This document shows positions 15,343-26,030 of a stretch of 64,000 bases of DNA, in pieces. Where the stretch lies: IMG/VR virus record IMGVR_UViG_3300028550_004390, positions 2,734 to 66,733 of that record; one strand, 5' to 3'. Origin of the DNA: a virus. Below the pieces are notes generated by a model that searched no databases, was not told the origin of the DNA, and worked only from the letters and a program-made list of their open reading frames with translations. The number at the start of each line of letters is the position of its first letter. Positions within the stretch are counted from its first letter, which is position 1. A program made the translations under genes and the position numbers.

Positions 15343-17813
15343 TGCTTTAATATCCTTTTACTTATTCTAATCTCATCAGCTACAATAGTCATAACGTATA
15401 TCCCAGTAGGATAATCACCTAAGCTTATCTCCTTTGAAGTTTGAGATACTATTTTTTTACCATTAATATCATAAACTTCGATCTGTACGTTTAGTCTTGT
15501 ATTTACTATAAATATATCATTAGAAGGGTTTGGGTACACTACGATCATTTTACTATCAATATCATCTACACCTGCCGGCCATCCTAATTCGCAATAATCA
15601 TACATTGATTCACATGAAGCATCCCATTCTGTAGTACAACAATAGTCGTCTACATCTATTACCCAAGCAAAACATCCATCGTTTAGATAGTATGGTAAGC
15701 CTTCACCTTGGTAGCATCCTGCATCATATAGACAGCTGCCATCTTCTGTATTAACAAACTCATCGTAGTTAGCTGCTGATAGATCTGTGCATCCCATCAT
15801 AATTGTTTCGCAGAAGTTCAATGGCTCATAACATGCAGTAGAGTCATAGTTAAATGCTGTGGGGTTAGTACATCCTGAAACATAACAACATGTATTATCT
15901 AGGGAGTTTGCTAAAGGATTGAAGTTGAATGCTGCAGTATCTGTACAACCATATTCAAATGGTATACATGAATCATTGTCTACATTCGCTAGTGGGTCAT
16001 AATTAAACATTGAAGGGTAAGTACATCCAAATACCGGGAGAATACATGAATCATCATCAGTATTAACTGCTTCGTCATAGTTAAGGGCTGTAGCATCAGT
16101 ACAACCATAAATAAATGGTATGCACTCGTCATTAGTATTAGCATTAGAATCATAATTAAATGCCAAATCATTCATACATCCATAGATGAATGGAGTGCAA
16201 TTAGTTGCTACGTTTGCTGACGGATCATAATTAAACTGAGTGTCATCCATGCAACCAAATGCAGCCAATATATCACAAGAGCTATCATCGTAGTCAGCAT
16301 CATATCCTTGGGTGTAGAATTCTAAGTAACCTGCTTGAGTGCATCCAGGTAAATAGTAACATTCACCACTGTCTGTATTTGCACCATCTTCATAATTTAC
16401 AGCAAGATTGTCCATGCATCCTTCAACATAAGACTCACAGTAATTTAAACAAGTAGGTGTTCCTTCATATACAAATGGAAATTGCTTAAGGAGGTCTGTC
16501 CATGGGTTAGTTCCACTTTGGAGAACGATACCATTAGGTCCTTCCAATCTAAAACCACATTGGGCTGCAGTTGTTGCTGAATTGCCACTTGTAAAGAAAT
16601 AAACGTTAACCTCTTCATTAGAATTAAGATCTAATCCAAAAGATTCTTCATAACCATCGTCTGGTCCCATTTGGAAAGGACCGTAAATCTGATCTCCTTG
16701 AGTTATTCCTAGCCAACTACCGAACCAGCCATCTGCTCCACCGTCTGTAATGATAAGATCGTATTGGCATGTTGGATGAACGTCCATAGTATTTGCTAGG
16801 ACATCATAATTAAACATTGTAGCATCTATACAACCTAACTGTATTGGAGTGGTGCATGTGTAATCATCTACGATAGCAAGTGGATTATACTCGACATATC
16901 CAGGAGTCGTGCATCCTTCAAGTTGGTATGGTGTGCACTGAGGAACTATATATGGTCCTGATGACACTGTATCGAATTGTTGTTGTCCACCTATAGCAAA
17001 TATACTATCGCCACATGCAGTAAATACATTGAAATACCCATCTACTCCACCCCAACATGATCCGCAAAGACCATCACCAAAAGTATCATAAATAATTGTT
17101 TCAATGGTATCACCTTCAGCAACACAAAAGTAAGCTGATTGTGGAACGTCTGGGATGGTGAATCCTGTAGACGATGCGACTATATTGCTATTAACTATTA
17201 ATTCCCAAGATGTTTCATTAGGGTAGTTGTCAGGAGTAGTAATAATAATAATGCCAGTTTCCCCCATATCGCAAGGGACTGGAAGAAAGTTACATGATGA
17301 GGGTGCATTTGCCCATGGGTTGAAGTTTAAAGCTTCAGACTCCATACATCCATAAACTAAGCAGCTATAATCACAAGACCCATCGTCATTGGTAGCATTC
17401 TCATCATAATTACATGCTGCAATGTCTGCACATCCATATAGTGGTGGAGGGCAAGCTAGAAGATCGAAATATACAGTTGCTGTAGGACCTGCAAAGTCAT
17501 ATACAAACGTATTCAATCCACATGAATTAGATAGCCCGAAGAAGCCTTCACCATATGCACAGCAAATACCATCTCCAAACTCGTCATATATAACAAGGTT
17601 GTATTGTCCAGCATCGAGATTAACCATAGTCTCGTAATATGAATTGCCATCATATGTAGGAGAGGTGGCTACAATGTTAGTGTCTTGGTATATTTCCCAA
17701 GTAGTCTCACTGCCATAATTGTCTGTTTGAACTACTACATTTACCCAGCTGTCCTGTGCTACTGGGATTATTGGTAATAACGCCAGCAGTAGAAATATTA
17801 ATAAGTTTCTCAT
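15339..17813 (-). CDS. secreted Cys/Asp-rich repeat protein with T9SS C-terminal sorting domain
   Basis: Signal peptide; many GCxDxxAxNYDxxAxxDDxSC repeats; two D.FGDG.C domains; CTD IVVYPNPSND...GIYVMTIV...KRILKQ. Confidence 0.85.
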   Translation of the reverse strand: MRNLLIFLLLALLPIIPVAQDSWVNVVVQTDNYGSETTWEIYQDTNIVATSPTYDGNSYYETMVNLDAGQYNLVIYDEFGDGICCAYGEGFFGLSNSCGLNTFVYDFAGPTATVYFDLLACPPPLYGCADIAACNYDENATNDDGSCDYSCLVYGCMESEALNFNPWANAPSSCNFLPVPCDMGETGIIIITTPDNYPNETSWELIVNSNIVASSTGFTIPDVPQSAYFCVAEGDTIETIIYDTFGDGLCGSCWGGVDGYFNVFTACGDSIFAIGGQQQFDTVSSGPYIVPQCTPYQLEGCTTPGYVEYNPLAIVDDYTCTTPIQLGCIDATMFNYDVLANTMDVHPTCQYDLIITDGGADGWFGSWLGITQGDQIYGPFQMGPDDGYEESFGLDLNSNEEVNVYFFTSGNSATTAAQCGFRLEGPNGIVLQSGTNPWTDLLKQFPFVYEGTPTCLNYCESYVEGCMDNLAVNYEDGANTDSGECYYLPGCTQAGYLEFYTQGYDADYDDSSCDILAAFGCMDDTQFNYDPSANVATNCTPFIYGCMNDLAFNYDSNANTNDECIPFIYGCTDATALNYDEAVNTDDDSCILPVFGCTYPSMFNYDPLANVDNDSCIPFEYGCTDTAAFNFNPLANSLDNTCCYVSGCTNPTAFNYDSTACYEPLNFCETIMMGCTDLSAANYDEFVNTEDGSCLYDAGCYQGEGLPYYLNDGCFAWVIDVDDYCCTTEWDASCESMYDYCELGWPAGVDDIDSKMIVVYPNPSNDIFIVNTRLNVQIEVYDINGKKIVSQTSKEISLGDYPTGIYVMTIVADEIRISKRILKQ

Positions 17814-18415
17814 GCTAGATCCTTAGATTCTATTAAGGTGTATGTAAATGAATTTCCCCAAAGGTCTTTTGCATTGTTACATATTTGCATGAACTGCATG
17901 AAGTCATCATATGCTGCTATTACTTGACATCCTGCTGACCATCTGTCTATTTGGCTAGATTTCTTACCAGCATACTTAGTTGCTCTATGTATATTGATTC
18001 CGAAAAGACCTTCTTGGATTGACGATTCGTCGAAATCATAACAATCGTCTAGGTTATTGTCTCTATATACTTTAACAGGTTTTTGCTGACCCAGGGCTTC
18101 ATAACGACCTTGGTGCAATCTGATTTTGTGGGATCCTCGATATTGACCTGGTACTAGGATAGCTACACCGTTGTCGTTCATCACGTTTTCTACCCAGTGT
18201 TTTCCTGGATCTGTTGTGCAGTCAAACTGGTGGAATTCTCTGTTACCATCTATCATATATGATAGTGTAATTTGATCGTCAAATTTGTTGGTTACTTCGC
18301 CATTGGTATCGGAATTACGAACCCCAACGATGTTCAGGTTATAACTGTCACTTTCGAACCATTTGTAGTCTTTAGCTAAGACTGCATCTTTAATCTTGTC
18401 ATAAGTTAAATTCAT
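17810..18415 (-). CDS. putative endolysin / L,D-transpeptidase-like cell-wall peptidase
   Basis: GINIHRA...WSAGCQV (His...SxGC catalytic motif of YkuD-like fold); late motif upstream. Confidence 0.7.
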   Translation of the reverse strand: MNLTYDKIKDAVLAKDYKWFESDSYNLNIVGVRNSDTNGEVTNKFDDQITLSYMIDGNREFHQFDCTTDPGKHWVENVMNDNGVAILVPGQYRGSHKIRLHQGRYEALGQQKPVKVYRDNNLDDCYDFDESSIQEGLFGINIHRATKYAGKKSSQIDRWSAGCQVIAAYDDFMQFMQICNNAKDLWGNSFTYTLIESKDLA

Positions 18416-18450
18416 ATACTTTTCTCCTCTACATTATTAGTAGATTTGTA

Positions 18451-18460
18451 TATAAATATC
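18451..18460 (-). promoter_or_regulatory. putative late promoter GATATTTATA
   Basis: Exact motif ~35 bp upstream of 18415. Confidence 0.65.
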
Positions 18461-18462
18461 GA

Positions 18463-18627
18463 CTAGAGTACTAAGTCATTCTCTACAAGCCAAAATATGC
18501 GTCCTGTCATGTCACTGACTTTTACGTTAGATTCTGTGAATTCTAGTATTTTTACTGCTGATGCCTTCATGAGGAATCCTTCTGAAGTTTGAATGTTCCT
18601 TCGAGTTATAGTTCTTTTTACTGCCAT
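18463..18627 (-). CDS. hypothetical 54-aa protein (SH3-like); not in ORF track
   Basis: MAVKRTITRRNIQTSEGFLMKASAVKILEFTESNVKVSDMTGRIFWLVENDLVL; fills the gap and starts 1 nt after the upstream stop. Confidence 0.6.
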   Translation of the reverse strand: MAVKRTITRRNIQTSEGFLMKASAVKILEFTESNVKVSDMTGRIFWLVENDLVL

Positions 18628-18628
18628 A

Positions 18629-18886
18629 TTACTTTTTTTTAGAATACTTTACACCTTGGGTGATAAGCTTTTCTGCTCTTATTATTGCTTCGTTTTTGGT
18701 TTTAAATGGACCTGCCATTTTTGCTTTTGAATGGTAAATGAACAGATCGGTTTTCCCACCAATCATTTCAAATCCTCCATTTTGCATTCTTTGTTTCTTT
18801 GGTTGTACTACTTTCTGGCGGATATCAAAATACCCCACCTTACATATATAATTACCTAATCTTTGACCTTTTGAATTGTTCGACAC
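18629..18886 (-). CDS. hypothetical protein
   Basis: 85 aa, GTG start with AGGAG RBS. Confidence 0.65.
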   Translation of the reverse strand: MSNNSKGQRLGNYICKVGYFDIRQKVVQPKKQRMQNGGFEMIGGKTDLFIYHSKAKMAGPFKTKNEAIIRAEKLITQGVKYSKKK

Positions 18887-18917
18887 CGAATCTCCTTTAT
18901 TTATATATAAGTATATA

Positions 18918-19160
18918 TCAGTTTGATCTTACACTTAAATTTTGAATTCTTTCTAAGAATTGTTCAACAGATATGGACTCGCCCTTTTCTGTTTTTATTG
19001 TTACAGCCTCTAGCATTTCTGGTGCTTGATCTACCATCTTCATTAGAACTGTGAGGCCTTGTGCTGCCCAGAATACCTTGAATGAAGCTTCTCCTAAAAG
19101 GTTTGACTCATACATAGCAGACTCGGCGTCATCGCCTGGCATCATTATGTAGTATTTCAT
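18918..19160 (-). CDS. hypothetical protein
   Basis: 80 aa ORF in operon. Confidence 0.65.
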   Translation of the reverse strand: MKYYIMMPGDDAESAMYESNLLGEASFKVFWAAQGLTVLMKMVDQAPEMLEAVTIKTEKGESISVEQFLERIQNLSVRSN

Positions 19161-19161
19161 A

Positions 19162-20145
19162 TTACTTTTTTGATAGTTCGTAAAGCCAATGATTCATCAT
19201 TTCATCTAGCATTTCTTTGAATGTATACTTTGGTTCCCAGCCTAGATCATTTTTTATTTTACTGCAATCACCCTTAAGGAATTCAAGTTCTTCAGATCTA
19301 AAAAACTTTTGGTCAGCTTCTACATGATCTCTCCAATCCATTCCTAGTTCCCTGAATACGTATGAGCATAGATCTCTAACTGTATGAGATTCTCCAGTCG
19401 AACAAACATAGTCATCTGGTGTATCGGATTGTAGCATCAACCACATTGCATACACATAATCTTTGGCGTGGCCCCAATCTCTGCTAGCATTTAAGTTGCC
19501 AAGTCTTAGCTCATTTGAAAGACCCAATTTAATCTTAACTGCTTCTTTAACAACTTTGTTTGTTACAAAATTGCTGCCTCTTCTTGGTGATTCATGATTG
19601 AATAGGATGCCATTCCATATCTTCATACCATAAGCATTTCTATAATTTCTGCAGATATTATATGCATAGACCTTTGCACAACCATAAGGAGAGACTGGGC
19701 TCATTGGTGTTGTTTCTCTTTGATAGCCATCAGCATCTACACTATTACCAAACATTTCTGAACTACTTGCTTGGTAAAATCTTGCTTCTGGAGCCATCAG
19801 CCTCATAGCTTCTAAAAGGTTTAGGGTCCCTGTAGCTATTGAATGTGTAGTGTAGATTGGCATACTAAAACTAATTTGAACATGGCTTTGTGCTGCAAGG
19901 TTGTAAATTTCATCTGGCTTGCATAACTGTAGAACTCTGCATAATGAAGCCATGTCTAGCATGTCTGCATATTCTAAGTTAATTCTCTTATATGTTTCGT
20001 CAGGAATTCTTGCAGTTTGGTTTTCAGCTACGGAATTTCTTTTTAAGATTCCCCAGACTTCATAGCCTTTTTCTAATAATAATTCAGCTAGATATGACCC
20101 ATCCTGGCCATTGATTCCAGTTATCAGTGCTACCTTAGTTTTCAT
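19162..20145 (-). CDS. gmd: GDP-mannose 4,6-dehydratase
   Basis: ALITGINGQDGSYLAELLLEKGYEV, YNLAAQSHV, FYQASSSEMFG, PYGCAK, GILFNHESPRRG, RDWGHAKDYV. Confidence 0.95.
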   Translation of the reverse strand: MKTKVALITGINGQDGSYLAELLLEKGYEVWGILKRNSVAENQTARIPDETYKRINLEYADMLDMASLCRVLQLCKPDEIYNLAAQSHVQISFSMPIYTTHSIATGTLNLLEAMRLMAPEARFYQASSSEMFGNSVDADGYQRETTPMSPVSPYGCAKVYAYNICRNYRNAYGMKIWNGILFNHESPRRGSNFVTNKVVKEAVKIKLGLSNELRLGNLNASRDWGHAKDYVYAMWLMLQSDTPDDYVCSTGESHTVRDLCSYVFRELGMDWRDHVEADQKFFRSEELEFLKGDCSKIKNDLGWEPKYTFKEMLDEMMNHWLYELSKK

Positions 20146-21022
20146 CTAGCCAATCCTTTAATTTTACTTTTGGAGTCCATTTTAAAATGTCGTTTGCTTT
20201 TGAGATGTTTGCTTGAGTGAACCTACATTCACCAGGCCTTTCGTCAATATGTAAATATTCTTCCCCAATCATTTTAGCCAAGTCTAGAACGCTGGTTTGT
20301 AAGCCGGTTCCTATGTTGTAAATTCCACCAAAGCCTTCTGTGCATTTTGTAGCTGCTATATTTGCATTGACAACATCACTGACATGGGTAAAGTCTCTAG
20401 TTTGTAAGCCGTCACCTACTATGGTTATTGGCTCATCCATATTTTTCTGTCTTAAGAATAAACCTATTACTGGAGCATATTGACCTTTTAATGGTTGACG
20501 CTCTCCATAGACATTGAAATACCTAAATGTTATGGTTTTTAGGCCAAATAAATCAGTATACATTTTGCATAATTCTTCCCCAGCTGTTTTTGAGACCGAG
20601 TATGGATTCAAGCAATCTTTGGGCATTGATTCCTCTAGGGGAATTGAATTTTTTAGGCCATAAGCAGCTGAAGTTGATGAGTAAATGACTCTTTGCACCT
20701 TATTATATCTAGCTGCTTGGAGCACATTACATGTACCTACAACATTTATTTCTACGGCCTCTGTTGGGTTTAGGATTGCAGGCTGGATCCTTGATTCTGC
20801 TGCTAAGTGAAAAACAAAATCGACGCCTTTAAATAGGGGCTCTATCAAATCATAATTTCTGATATCATACTTGTAGTTTTTTGCTTTGTCATTCCAGTAA
20901 AAACTTTCATGAGCATCTGAATGTTCATTGTCTACTACAATTACTTCATGGCCTTCTCCTATTAGTCGATCTACTATATTAGATCCTATAAACCCTGCAC
21001 CTCCTGTGACTAGATATCTCAT
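20135..21022 (-). CDS. NAD-dependent nucleotide-sugar epimerase/dehydratase
   Basis: LVTGGAGFIGS, YSVSK (YxxxK), RYFNVYG, RDFTHVSDVV. Confidence 0.92.
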   Translation of the reverse strand: MRYLVTGGAGFIGSNIVDRLIGEGHEVIVVDNEHSDAHESFYWNDKAKNYKYDIRNYDLIEPLFKGVDFVFHLAAESRIQPAILNPTEAVEINVVGTCNVLQAARYNKVQRVIYSSTSAAYGLKNSIPLEESMPKDCLNPYSVSKTAGEELCKMYTDLFGLKTITFRYFNVYGERQPLKGQYAPVIGLFLRQKNMDEPITIVGDGLQTRDFTHVSDVVNANIAATKCTEGFGGIYNIGTGLQTSVLDLAKMIGEEYLHIDERPGECRFTQANISKANDILKWTPKVKLKDWLDEN

Positions 21023-21870
21023 TTTATTTCTCCGTATAATTCTATAAGTTTTCCAACTCTTTTTGTATATGTGTGTTTTTTTGCAAGTTTATATCCTGCA
21101 TTTCCAATTCTAATTCTTAAGTCCTCATCATTCAATAGTTCATCCAAGCAACCATACAGTTCCCCAATATTACCATAAAACATTGCATTAACCCTATGCT
21201 CAAAGCCAAGCAATTCATATTGATAGTTAGCACTCGTTACTAGAGGTATTCCACAGCCAATAGTTTCAAAATTCCTATAGTTTATGTCTGTAGATAGATT
21301 TTGATTGAAGTGAATTTTATATGAATTAATGGCTTTTACCATAGATTCTCCCAATACAAAATTGTCATGGACAAAACTATAATTTTCACTAAGACTACTT
21401 ACCAACATTTGGCGATTTAACATACTGCCGCAAAATCCTATGTCAGATCTATTTTCTACACTTCGCTTACCAATTAATGTATCATCATATGCATTTGGGA
21501 ACCATACTTTTTTTTCACCTGTTGCGTAATCTTTAGTCGAATGTAAAAGTAAGTCGTATTTACCATTTAAGAATTCATAGTCAAAAGGCTCCGTGCCACG
21601 GCAGTGAGCATCTATTGACCAAAGGAATTTTTTTGTTTTTACGTTACTTAGACTTGGCACCCAATCCCCTGCTGTGTTAGAATAATTTTCCAAATTTATT
21701 ATTAAGTCGTAAGATTCATAGACCGGAATTGTGTCATAGTTATCATGGCCTAATCCCCATACATCGGCTATGTGACCAAGGACTTTAAACCCTCTCTGTA
21801 AGCAAAAGCACTCTCTAAAATTCCTATTCTCTTCGTGACGTCCATTTTCTTGTATTATTAATACCTTCAT
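21019..21870 (-). CDS. glycosyltransferase (CgeB/GT-B type)
   Basis: KIHFN...NYRNFETIGCG...RIRIGNAGY...HTY..R C-terminal signature. Confidence 0.8.
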   Translation of the reverse strand: MKVLIIQENGRHEENRNFRECFCLQRGFKVLGHIADVWGLGHDNYDTIPVYESYDLIINLENYSNTAGDWVPSLSNVKTKKFLWSIDAHCRGTEPFDYEFLNGKYDLLLHSTKDYATGEKKVWFPNAYDDTLIGKRSVENRSDIGFCGSMLNRQMLVSSLSENYSFVHDNFVLGESMVKAINSYKIHFNQNLSTDINYRNFETIGCGIPLVTSANYQYELLGFEHRVNAMFYGNIGELYGCLDELLNDEDLRIRIGNAGYKLAKKHTYTKRVGKLIELYGEIK

Positions 21871-22676
21871 TTATTATCCTTAAATACTACTTGATCTATA
21901 CTAACATCAGTTCCAAATATGTAATCGGCAACTGGCTTTATACTTTTAAAATTTTCTCTGAAAGGCCTTAGGAAATTGCACGTTATATATCCATCTGAAT
22001 GAAGCTTATTTAGATCTATATTCCACCAAGACCTGTCTATCCAATCAATACTTACGTTTGCATTTCTATCGACCTTTGTGATTTTTCCAGCCCAAATATT
22101 TAATAGAACCCTCATTAGGGATTCATCTGAAAATATGTTAGACGGAATTTCTATAGCTTCTTTATGGTCGAAGGTTTCCGATCCGACAAATGACTTTATT
22201 AGCTTTTCATATGATAATCCATTAGGGTTTACTATAGCTTTAAATACACTTCCCTTTGCTGTCATTGTGCTCATAGGGAACTTGCCTTCATGGGGAGTTC
22301 CTTTATATACCTCAGACCCTACAACTATAACACCGTCTTTATATGTTGAAGTTCTATCTTCAAAGAATTTTTTTTGTAAAGGTATTGTATCCATATCTTC
22401 AATCATGCAAACTTCGTTTTCATATTCTGCTGCTATTATATGTCTACTAATTTTTGCTTGGTTTGCTGTCGGTATACCTGGAATGGTATTGAATATCTTA
22501 ACTTCTGCGTATGTTCTCATTCGCACAACTAATTCATCATCTTCACTTCGATCGCTTATAAAAGCAATACTCAAGGCTTTTTCGGGGAAGTATTTTTTCC
22601 AAGCTTTTGCAACTATCGGTACAAATTGTAAAAACATTGGGTTTTCATCTGTACTTACTATGATTCTATCAAACAT
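21867..22676 (-). CDS. putative GT-A-like glycosyltransferase
   Basis: DMD (DxD) motif and W/F-SDE-type motif; located in sugar cluster. Confidence 0.5.
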   Translation of the reverse strand: MFDRIIVSTDENPMFLQFVPIVAKAWKKYFPEKALSIAFISDRSEDDELVVRMRTYAEVKIFNTIPGIPTANQAKISRHIIAAEYENEVCMIEDMDTIPLQKKFFEDRTSTYKDGVIVVGSEVYKGTPHEGKFPMSTMTAKGSVFKAIVNPNGLSYEKLIKSFVGSETFDHKEAIEIPSNIFSDESLMRVLLNIWAGKITKVDRNANVSIDWIDRSWWNIDLNKLHSDGYITCNFLRPFRENFKSIKPVADYIFGTDVSIDQVVFKDNK

Positions 22677-23238
22677 TTTTTATCTTATCCTTTAGTATTT
22701 CTAATACTGGTTTTTTTATCATATCTTTATCGTTTTGGAAAACGAGGTCTATATTATTGCTATGGAACATATCTAGGTCCATATAGCTTTTGCCACTTGT
22801 TCCTGATATGTAAGATGTTGCATTCATAGATTTGCATATTTCTACTAATCTGGCTGTACCTTTTAGTTCTGTATCCTTATCTGAAACTATCTCTGTTTTT
22901 ATATCCAATATCTTGCAAATTTTTCTTATTAGATTTCCATTCGTTTCGAAAAGACTGTTGGATATGCATTCATCAAATATTTCTAAATTATAATCATAAA
23001 GACTTTTTTTAATCTTGGTCCAATCTCTTTGTGGGTTTACATACCTCTTATCGACTATACTTTCCAAACCTTTATTTGTACCCATGGTAAACCACCTTTC
23101 ATTCATGTTAAATCTATTTTGGAAATTATTCTTTTCAAACTGGCAATGATTTAACAGTACAAACACATCGGCTGACTCTATTTTTTGAAAGAATGGGTAC
23201 CAAGGCATAAAGTTTGGTTGGTGGATTGTTATTTGCAT
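22669..23238 (-). CDS. WbqC-like family protein
   Basis: IHQPNFMPWYPFFQKI..ADVFV...QFEKNNFQNR...YISGTSGKSY. Confidence 0.88.
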   Translation of the reverse strand: MQITIHQPNFMPWYPFFQKIESADVFVLLNHCQFEKNNFQNRFNMNERWFTMGTNKGLESIVDKRYVNPQRDWTKIKKSLYDYNLEIFDECISNSLFETNGNLIRKICKILDIKTEIVSDKDTELKGTARLVEICKSMNATSYISGTSGKSYMDLDMFHSNNIDLVFQNDKDMIKKPVLEILKDKIKNV

Positions 23239-23248
23239 TTGGAAACTT

Positions 23249-23803
23249 TTACTTTAGCCATTGTTTAAATCCTTCAAATGTAAATTCTCTTGCATGTATA
23301 TACCACAAGTTGTGTTTTGGATTATACTCGTTATATTCACAGCATAGCCATCCATCTTCAAATTTTACTAGCTTTATTCCATGTTCACTACATATACTTT
23401 CAGTATCTATATTCCACTTATTGAATGGAGGAACAAATATAGAAGCTTTTGCTAAGTTACAGCTAGTAATGATACTAAGCTCTTGGGTTTCCTTTGTAAG
23501 TAGTCTGTGGTCAACGTGGATGAGACCATGACCTGCTCGGGTGATCCATTCTGGGAATTCTGGTATGCCGCAATCATCGACTTCATAGAATTTTCTATGG
23601 TCACTATGGGCATTGAGAATTTTAGGAAAAATCCTTTCGGAGGTGATTCCCTCTTCCGAAGTCATATCATGTACTAGGGGTGAGATGCAGAAAATAACTT
23701 CAGCGGATGGTATTTTCTTTTTTATTAACTCTGCAAATCTGATTGTCAAGTCCATATCTGCATTTATGCAAATGTCGTCAAATCTAAATGTCCTCTTACT
23801 CAT
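23249..23803 (-). CDS. polysaccharide deacetylase-like protein
   Basis: FRFDD, HGLIH.DH, FVPPFNKW (NodB/CE4-like motifs). Confidence 0.75.
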   Translation of the reverse strand: MSKRTFRFDDICINADMDLTIRFAELIKKKIPSAEVIFCISPLVHDMTSEEGITSERIFPKILNAHSDHRKFYEVDDCGIPEFPEWITRAGHGLIHVDHRLLTKETQELSIITSCNLAKASIFVPPFNKWNIDTESICSEHGIKLVKFEDGWLCCEYNEYNPKHNLWYIHAREFTFEGFKQWLK

Positions 23804-24444
23804 AACATATCTCCATGTTCAGGGTGTAATTTAGCATTATGCTCATCGAATGCTTGGCCTATAAATAGACCTGGCTTCCTTTTTGTTGGGAATGGAATTT
23901 TTTGGAAGTACTCATCGTGAACGCAGCTATTGTTTTTTACCAAAGGAAATACCATTTCCCTTAGAAAGTTTTGATCAACTTGCCAAAAGTTTCCCTTATC
24001 ATAACTGGTTATTAGCTCTTTAAGGTTTGCCAAAATGTTTCCCCTTACTCCCCACATACCACCTAGTATTTCAGTACCGTGCTGTGGATGATCTCTCATG
24101 ATATGGAAGTCTTTTTCACTTTTTAGCCATTCATTAACAGCTGCTGACTCTCTGCTATTCAATCTGCTATCAGTATCCCTAGATATCATTACTTCTACGT
24201 CGGTCTCTGAAGCAGGGTAGAATCTCCAGAACATTGCTGTCCAATCTCCAGGACCCATTTCTACTATTTCTGTATTGTCTTGAGATTTTATGGTATTGAT
24301 AATATCTTCAGGCACACAATCAGCTACATAAAATCTACAGATCCAACCTGGATAATGTTTTTTGGCAAGAGCCGATTGCTTTACTGCACCTATTGTATAT
24401 GTAGGGTTATTTCCCCATAGACTAAAACTAATTATTTTTTTCAT
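23800..24444 (-). CDS. putative glycosyltransferase-like protein
   Basis: IISFSLWG, MFWRF, SRDTDSR, IMRDHPQH, ILGGMWG, DQNFL. Confidence 0.65.
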   Translation of the reverse strand: MKKIISFSLWGNNPTYTIGAVKQSALAKKHYPGWICRFYVADCVPEDIINTIKSQDNTEIVEMGPGDWTAMFWRFYPASETDVEVMISRDTDSRLNSRESAAVNEWLKSEKDFHIMRDHPQHGTEILGGMWGVRGNILANLKELITSYDKGNFWQVDQNFLREMVFPLVKNNSCVHDEYFQKIPFPTKRKPGLFIGQAFDEHNAKLHPEHGDML

Positions 24445-26010
24445 TTAGCCCTTTCCAAATATATGTTTATAATTATTGAATACTAAAGATTCTTCAATAT
24501 GCTTTTCTTTTTGAGTTTCTAAGCTGGTTGACATTCCTTTTGGGTTCATATAGTACATGCCATATATTCCTGGTATTTTTGAGAACACAGATCCATTTTT
24601 AACCATTCTAAGCCACATTTCCCAATCTCCAGCAGATTTATATGAATCGTCAAACATTTCCTTTTCATGTATTTTAGCTCTCCAAACGGGCATACAACCT
24701 GGCAAGCATTTCTCCATATTTCTAATTGAAAATTCTTTGATAGGATAAACTCTTCCTTGGGATGTATTATTATAGTAGCTTTCAAAGTCATTCATTGTTA
24801 GGTATGCTTCACTATAAGCTAAGTCTATGTTTTCATTATCCTCTAGGAACCTTACATGATGTTCAATATGGGTATCTGCTCTTCTATCGTCTAGATTTGC
24901 ATTTGTTATATACTTACCTTTTGACAGTTCGATGCCTTTATTCCAGCAACCATATATTCCAGGATCATCTTCTAGTTTTTTATATATTATGTTGTCGTGT
25001 ATTTTCATTTGTGAAAGAATAGTTTCACATAGTGGTCCTGGTGTGGGATCAACTATAATAAGTTCACACGAACTAAATACTGACTGGGAGGTCATATTTT
25101 CTAAGAAAGCCTTTATATGGTCTTCACCTTTAAACTTTGAAGTAATGATTGAAACTAGAGGTAATGCGTGTTCATATAACTTTGGTTCTTGTATAAAGTT
25201 CTCTATAAAGCTCTGTTTGGATGCTCTAATGAAGTCTAGTAGCTCGATACCTTTTAACTTAGGAAACCATGGTTCTGAAGTGCATCCATTTTTATCGTCC
25301 GTTATAACCTTACATCCTAGCATCCGGGCCTCAACTATAAACTTATTATATGTTTCCAATACCCCAGGTAAAAATAGTACTGTTTCGTATTTTGCCATGG
25401 TTTCCATAAGGTCCTTATATGGCAATGGGCCTACAAGATCATATTCTATACCGTTAGTTTCACAATATTGAATACAAACGTTAGTATTTTTTATCGGATT
25501 AGGCGAATTCAATATCATAGTTTTTGATTTGGTCTTTTCACAAATAGATTTTTCAATGATATCTAGATGCTCATCAGACCATATACTAGTCGATAAATTA
25601 ACAACGTTATTTAAACCTACATTTTTACTAACAACATCGCTGTGTAGCCTAGATTGACAATAAACATATTTTGCATTTGTGTAGAACTTTCGGTTAATTA
25701 TCTGGTTTGGTGGAACCATATAGTCTTTATATTTTGATACATCCCTTTGAGGTATGTATTTATGGTCATGTTCAATTATGCAATAGTTACATTCTTGTAA
25801 CTTAAGCTTAATATTTTCTGACAGTTGTACGAAATTACTTATGAAAATATTCTCTGTTAAGTGTTCATTGGTAACATTTGAACATTTTACTCTACTAACT
25901 TGACAACCAAGCTTTTCTAGTTCTTTAATAATTTCTTCATTAACTAGTTCTGCTCCGCCGAATATTTCATCTAAGAAAAAGTCTGCTATAAATGTTATAC
26001 TTTTACTCAA
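24445..26010 (-). CDS. bifunctional glycosyltransferase (GT-B N-domain + GT2 C-domain)
   Basis: GGAE...ETYNKFIVEARMLGC; PLVSIITS...WNKGI..SKGKYITNANLDD...GDWEMWLR. Confidence 0.85.
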   Translation of the reverse strand: MSKSITFIADFFLDEIFGGAELVNEEIIKELEKLGCQVSRVKCSNVTNEHLTENIFISNFVQLSENIKLKLQECNYCIIEHDHKYIPQRDVSKYKDYMVPPNQIINRKFYTNAKYVYCQSRLHSDVVSKNVGLNNVVNLSTSIWSDEHLDIIEKSICEKTKSKTMILNSPNPIKNTNVCIQYCETNGIEYDLVGPLPYKDLMETMAKYETVLFLPGVLETYNKFIVEARMLGCKVITDDKNGCTSEPWFPKLKGIELLDFIRASKQSFIENFIQEPKLYEHALPLVSIITSKFKGEDHIKAFLENMTSQSVFSSCELIIVDPTPGPLCETILSQMKIHDNIIYKKLEDDPGIYGCWNKGIELSKGKYITNANLDDRRADTHIEHHVRFLEDNENIDLAYSEAYLTMNDFESYYNNTSQGRVYPIKEFSIRNMEKCLPGCMPVWRAKIHEKEMFDDSYKSAGDWEMWLRMVKNGSVFSKIPGIYGMYYMNPKGMSTSLETQKEKHIEESLVFNNYKHIFGKG

Positions 26011-26030
26011 TTGTTTTTTCCTTTAGTATT

